The translations under genes and the position numbers were made by a program. A stretch of DNA of 64,000 nucleotides, from positions 97,180 through 161,179 of the forward strand of contig DCUJ01000009.1 of the NCBI GenBank assembly GCA_002328495.1, written 5' to 3'. Positions 59,880 through 64,000 of this stretch are shown here, piece after piece. Positions within the stretch are counted from its first letter, which is position 1, and every line of letters starts with the position of its first letter. Below the pieces are notes generated by a model. The model was not told the DNA's origin, searched no databases, and was given only the letters and a program-made list of their open reading frames with translations. Source of the DNA: Sulfurospirillum sp. UBA2217. GTDB taxonomy: Bacteria > Campylobacterota > Campylobacteria > Campylobacterales > Sulfurospirillaceae.

Positions 59880-60908
59880 CTAAAAGGCGCGTGCGTAAGC
59901 AGGCTCAATGGACGTTTTGTCGCCACTCTCTTTCATGAAAAACTGTACCATATTGGGACTACGTAAAAGTTCCCTTCCATACGCCACCAAATCACATACT
60001 CCTTCTTTCAAAAGTGTTTCACCTTGTTCTTGGGTGGTGATGAGACCCACCGCAATGGTTGGTATGGCACTCTTTTCTTTGATACTGCGTGCATAGTCCG
60101 TTTGGTAGGAGGGTACCAATGGGGGAATAAGCGTTTGTTTCGCATGATTACCGCCCGCAGAGACATGCATCATGGAAACACCGATGTCATGGAGTTTTTG
60201 AGACAGATAGAGCGAATCGTTGATGTTCCAACCTCCCTCCATCCACTCATCCGCAGAGAGTCGTACGATGAGAGGAAGTGGTACGGCTGTTAAGATAGCC
60301 TCACATACTTTGATGAGAAGTTTGCATCGGTTTTCCAAGCTTCCGCCGTAGCGGTCCGTGCGAACGTTGGTTAAAGGGGAGAGAAATTCACCCAGTAAAT
60401 AGCCATGTGCACCATGAAGTTCTAACACGTCATAGCCTGCTTTGTGCGCGCGTTTAGCCGCTTCCACAAAAGCGATAATAATCTCTTCTATCTCCATATT
60501 GCACAGGGCAATGGGTGTTTTAAATCCACCTGTATCGCTAAACAAAAGAGGACTTGGGGCAACGGGGATGGAAGATTTGCAGATGCTTTTACGCCCAGCA
60601 TGCGCTAGCTGAATTGCCATAGTTGCACCAAGTTCATGAACGATTTTGACCAGTTTTTGATGTCCCTCTATCTGCGCATCATTCCATAGTCCAAGATCAT
60701 TGTCAGTGATGCGCCCACGAGGTTCAACCGCTGTGGCTTCAACGATGATAAGCCCAACGCCTCCAATGGCACGCGCGCCATAGTGTGTTTCATGAAAGAG
60801 TGTCACACATCCATCTTCTTCCGCTTTGTACATACACATAGGGGGCATGACCACTCTGTTTTTAAGAGAAATGTTTCCAAGGGGGTAAGGCGTAAAAAGT
60901 AGACTCAT
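59880..60908 (-). CDS. NADH:flavin oxidoreductase, Old Yellow Enzyme (YqjM/NamA-like)
   Basis: LKNRVVMPPMCMY, HYGARAIGG, IQLAHAGRK, ELHGAHGYLLGEFLSP, NVRTDRYGGSLENR, GRELLRSP, YARA. Confidence 0.95.
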   Translation of the reverse strand: MSLLFTPYPLGNISLKNRVVMPPMCMYKAEEDGCVTLFHETHYGARAIGGVGLIIVEATAVEPRGRITDNDLGLWNDAQIEGHQKLVKIVHELGATMAIQLAHAGRKSICKSSIPVAPSPLLFSDTGGFKTPIALCNMEIEEIIIAFVEAAKRAHKAGYDVLELHGAHGYLLGEFLSPLTNVRTDRYGGSLENRCKLLIKVCEAILTAVPLPLIVRLSADEWMEGGWNINDSLYLSQKLHDIGVSMMHVSAGGNHAKQTLIPPLVPSYQTDYARSIKEKSAIPTIAVGLITTQEQGETLLKEGVCDLVAYGRELLRSPNMVQFFMKESGDKTSIEPAYARAF

Positions 60909-62305
60909 TGTTTGTCTCCTAATAGATTTTTTTCATTCCAACCGCTTCCGAGTGCTTTGAAAAGTTCTGCTTGCGAAACAAGGTAAGCTTGTTGGGATGT
61001 TGTGGCATTGAGGCGTGCCATAAGTAGCCCTTTTTGTGCGTCCAAAACTTCAAGATAACTGATGGAACCCGCATTAAAGCGTTTTGTACTGATGTGAAGT
61101 GATCTTTCGTAAGCCGCAATTTCATCTTCATGTGTACGCACTTTTTCTTTTAGAATTGCATGGCGTCCAAGGGCATCGCTAATCTCTTTGTAAGCTTTTT
61201 TTACAGTTTGTTCGTAACTTTCCAGTGCGATTTTAAGCTCTGTTTCGGAAATGCTAACACGTGCTTTAATGCGTCCAAAATCAAAAATAGGCACAGACAA
61301 AGAGGGACCAAAACTCCATCGATTTGCACTGGATTGTAAGATGTTATCTAGGCTTTCGCTTTGTTGTCCATAACTTCCCGTTAAACTAATACTTGGAAAA
61401 TAGGCGGCTTTTTCTACTCCGATGAGTGCATTTTTACTTTTTAAGGTAAAGAGGGCTTCTTGAATGTCAGGACGACTTTCTAAGATAGAAGAGGGAATGC
61501 CTTTGGGAATAGTGATGGCTTTTGGCAATGCGTTGATTCGTGTTGCGTTCGCTTCAAAGAATGCTTTAGGACTTTTCCCTAATAGGAGCAAAAGAGCATT
61601 TTCTTGTAGTTTTTTGCTCTCTAATAGAGTCGATTGTGTGGTGAGTGTACTAAGGTATTGTGCCTTTGCTTGGGCAACAAGCAATTCATTGATCGTTCCA
61701 CGTTCGTGTTGTTTGAGACGAAATTCATAGGCAGCTTTATAGGTTTGAATGGTTTCATCTACGATATTGAGGCGTACAGACAAGGAAACGAGGTTAAGGT
61801 AGGATGAAATGGTATCATGAATCAATGTATTTTTAACCGTTTGTGCGGCAGAAGCTGAAGCTAAGTAAAGCTCCCAGTTGGACTCCGCTTGTGAGCTTAA
61901 TTTTCCCCAAAAATCGATTTCATAGCTTAGATTTAATGCCATGGCATTATCGGTATACAACGAGCGGTTATGCTGATACGTTTCAGCACTGGTTTGTTGT
62001 CGTGTTGAGCCTGCATTTGCGTTGAGGCTTGGGTACAGTGTGGCATCACTCAGACCATATGCTTGTTTGGCTTTAAGAATGCGAAGTGCGGAGAGTTTGA
62101 TGTCATAATTGGATTGTAATGCCTCAGCAACGAGTAAATTGAGTGACGCATCACCAAAATTTTCCCACCAAGTGGCATTTACATGTAAGGTATTCTCTTC
62201 GCTTATAGGCAGTTCCATCGAAGGCACATTGAGGTCTGGCTTAAGGGAGCATCCACCTAAAAAGAGCAAGGAAGAGAGAGAAAAAATTAAGATATTACGC
62301 TGCAT
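60905..62305 (-). CDS. NodT/CmeC-family efflux outer-membrane lipoprotein
   Basis: Lipobox LFLGGC, WWENFGD, SYEIDFWGK, LESRPDIQ, AAYFPSISLTG, VPIFDFGR, YLEVLDAQ, LFKALGSGW. Confidence 0.93.
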   Translation of the reverse strand: MQRNILIFSLSSLLFLGGCSLKPDLNVPSMELPISEENTLHVNATWWENFGDASLNLLVAEALQSNYDIKLSALRILKAKQAYGLSDATLYPSLNANAGSTRQQTSAETYQHNRSLYTDNAMALNLSYEIDFWGKLSSQAESNWELYLASASAAQTVKNTLIHDTISSYLNLVSLSVRLNIVDETIQTYKAAYEFRLKQHERGTINELLVAQAKAQYLSTLTTQSTLLESKKLQENALLLLLGKSPKAFFEANATRINALPKAITIPKGIPSSILESRPDIQEALFTLKSKNALIGVEKAAYFPSISLTGSYGQQSESLDNILQSSANRWSFGPSLSVPIFDFGRIKARVSISETELKIALESYEQTVKKAYKEISDALGRHAILKEKVRTHEDEIAAYERSLHISTKRFNAGSISYLEVLDAQKGLLMARLNATTSQQAYLVSQAELFKALGSGWNEKNLLGDKQ

Positions 62306-64000
62306 GGTTGCTTCCTTTTGTAAAAAACTTCTCTTTGGTTCGCATGATGAGGTAGAAAAAGAGAGGAACAAAAAACGTACCAATGAGGGTCAGTGTTATC
62401 ATCCCGCCCACCACTGTGGTACCAATAACATGACGGCTATTTGCTCCAGCCCCTGTGCTCATGGCAAGGGGCAATGTCCCTGCAATAAAGGCAAATGAGG
62501 TCATGATAATTGGGCGAAAACGAATACGCGCCCCTTCGATAGTGGCGTCAATGAGGCTATGTCCAAGTGCTAATTTTTGCATGGCAAATTCGACCATTAA
62601 GATGGCATTTTTAGCCGATAATCCGACTAACGTGACCAAGCCTACTTGGAAGTAGATGTCATTTTGCAAATCACGCATCCAAATGCCAAGCGTTGCACCA
62701 AAAAGAGCAAAAGGGACCGCTAGAACGATGGCAAAAGGAATCGTCCAACTCTCATACAAGGCTGCTAAAATCAAGAAGACAAATAAAATGGCATAAATAA
62801 ATGCGGTATTGCCTCCTTTTTCGAGCTGTTTTTCTTGGTACGATGTTCCTGCCCACGCGATGGTATAGCCTTGAGGCAACACCTCTTTTGCAATTTCCTC
62901 GATCACCTTCAAGGCTTCGCCCGAGCTGTGACCTGCGGAGGGTTGACCTGAGATTTGCGCCGCTTGAAACATATTGAATTTTTGCACAATGGAAGGTCCG
63001 ACCACACGTTTAATGGTGGAGAGGGAACTGATGGGAATAAACCGTCCTTCATTGGTTTTGACAAAAACATCGTTATAGTTTTCAGCCCCTTCTCTAAAGG
63101 TGCTCTCTGCTTGAACATTGACACGGTAGGTGCGTCCAAAGAGGTTAAAGTCGTTGGCATAGGTGTTTCCAAAACTGGCTTGGATGGTGGTGAAGATATC
63201 GTTAATCTCAACACCCAAGGCTTTGGCTTTGGCGGTATCCACACTGATAAGATACTGAGGCACACTTGTGTTAATGGTCGTTCGCATGGCGGTCAATTCT
63301 GGTCTGGTTGATGCGCGCGCTATGATTTCCTTAGCATAGGTGTCCATATTTTGAATATCAGAGCCAGTTCTATCTTGGATGTACATCTCAAAACCACCCG
63401 TCGTACTCATTCCCATAATAGGAGGAGGTGTAACGGCTATGAGCATCGCTTCTTTATTTTGCGATAAAGAGCGCATCATGGCTCCAGCAACGGCTTGAGA
63501 AGTTTGGTTAGCATCAGGACGATGTTCCCAGTCACTTAAACGCACAAAGCTAATACCCGCATCGGTTTTATAGGCTCCTGTGATAAAATCAAGTCCGTAC
63601 AAGCCTCCCGTTTTTTCAACCAGAGGATTTTTTGAAACTATGTCGCTTACGTGCAAACTGACATCGCGGGTACGAGACAGCGCGGCACCGGGCATGAGGT
63701 TGTTGATAATAAGAATAGAGCCTTTATCTTCGTTGGGAACCAGTCCTGTTGGGGTTTTTGAATTAATGATGTAAATTCCAGCAATCATCACACCAAAGAG
63801 CAACACATTTAAAAAGCCAAAACGAATCGTTTTGCGTACACCTGTGGAAAAGAGGCGGGTTCCAAACTCAAAGAGTTCGTTAAATTTTTTAATGGGCCAA
63901 AACGGCTCACTCTCATGCTTTTGTAAGAAAAGCGCACACAACGATGGGGTAAGGGTGAGGGCTACAAGTCCAGAAATAACGACGGAAATGATGATGGTGA
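62295..64000 (-). CDS. HAE1 RND multidrug efflux permease (CmeB/AcrB-like); 5' part lies beyond the right edge
   Basis: Frame stays open to the edge (VALTLTPSLCA). VPNEDKG, LAALYESWTIP, VGLSAKNAILMVEFA, RFRPIIMTSFAF, TFFVPLFF. Confidence 0.95.
   Translation of the reverse strand, partial: TIIISVVISGLVALTLTPSLCALFLQKHESEPFWPIKKFNELFEFGTRLFSTGVRKTIRFGFLNVLLFGVMIAGIYIINSKTPTGLVPNEDKGSILIINNLMPGAALSRTRDVSLHVSDIVSKNPLVEKTGGLYGLDFITGAYKTDAGISFVRLSDWEHRPDANQTSQAVAGAMMRSLSQNKEAMLIAVTPPPIMGMSTTGGFEMYIQDRTGSDIQNMDTYAKEIIARASTRPELTAMRTTINTSVPQYLISVDTAKAKALGVEINDIFTTIQASFGNTYANDFNLFGRTYRVNVQAESTFREGAENYNDVFVKTNEGRFIPISSLSTIKRVVGPSIVQKFNMFQAAQISGQPSAGHSSGEALKVIEEIAKEVLPQGYTIAWAGTSYQEKQLEKGGNTAFIYAILFVFLILAALYESWTIPFAIVLAVPFALFGATLGIWMRDLQNDIYFQVGLVTLVGLSAKNAILMVEFAMQKLALGHSLIDATIEGARIRFRPIIMTSFAFIAGTLPLAMSTGAGANSRHVIGTTVVGGMITLTLIGTFFVPLFFYLIMRTKEKFFTKGSNHAA

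Larger units (their letters stand above)
1010..62188. repeat. Dispersed highly iterated palindrome TTACATGTAA (consensus YTTACATGTAAR)
   Basis: Perfect copies start at 1010, 1899, 2462, 3317, 5107, 6906, 10515, 17691, 20853, 25509, 28971, 30426, 34380, 35049, 36770, 42989, 47033, 47060, 49714, 50656, 53619, 55188, 55379, 55961, 57660, 62179. One-mismatch copies start at 7226, 11687, 13799, 30369, 32694, 40375, 41946, 59247. Counted by eye. Confidence 0.95.

Noticed and set aside
1010-62188. TTACATGTAA as a CRISPR repeat, IS end or ordinary transcription-factor box
   Set aside because: Copies are only 10-12 bp, dispersed with no spacer periodicity, have no transposase or target duplication nearby, and two thirds lie inside coding sequences.
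62295-63941. 548-aa RND as a second half-size permease
   Set aside because: The frame stays open to the window edge through the TM6 motif VALTLTP, so it is a truncated view of a full-length gene.

Overview
64-kb chromosomal window from a Campylobacterota (epsilon-proteobacterium), most likely Sulfurospirillum. The assignment is an inference from C. jejuni-like synteny (uvrC-Cj1247-guaA-6S-purD-RDD-lptD-pnp; oadA/pycB-pckA-argH; hit/pheST-aroA-ispH-rpsA-serA) plus genes typical of free-living members (oadGAB, TRAP, Dld-II, NhaD, MutS-HNH). Most of the window is housekeeping: DNA repair, purine/NAD/heme/amino-acid synthesis, translation, a lactate-uptake/oxidation module, two RND efflux loci and an MCP. 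It also carries 6S RNA and tRNA-Leu(GAG). No CRISPR array, IS element or integrase was seen. The main unexplained signal is the 10-bp palindrome TTACATGTAA. I counted 26 perfect copies and 8 one-mismatch copies by eye, against about 0.2 expected by chance. It is written into proteins as Leu-His-Val or Thr-Cys-Lys, is concentrated in intergenic DNA, and forms arms or loops of terminator hairpins, as HIP1 and DNA-uptake sequences do in other phyla. The window also encodes a MutS7-type MutS-HNH endonuclease fusion bracketed by two copies of the motif, a naturally split two-gene RND permease, two probable leaderless genes and two small ORFs missed by the ORF track.
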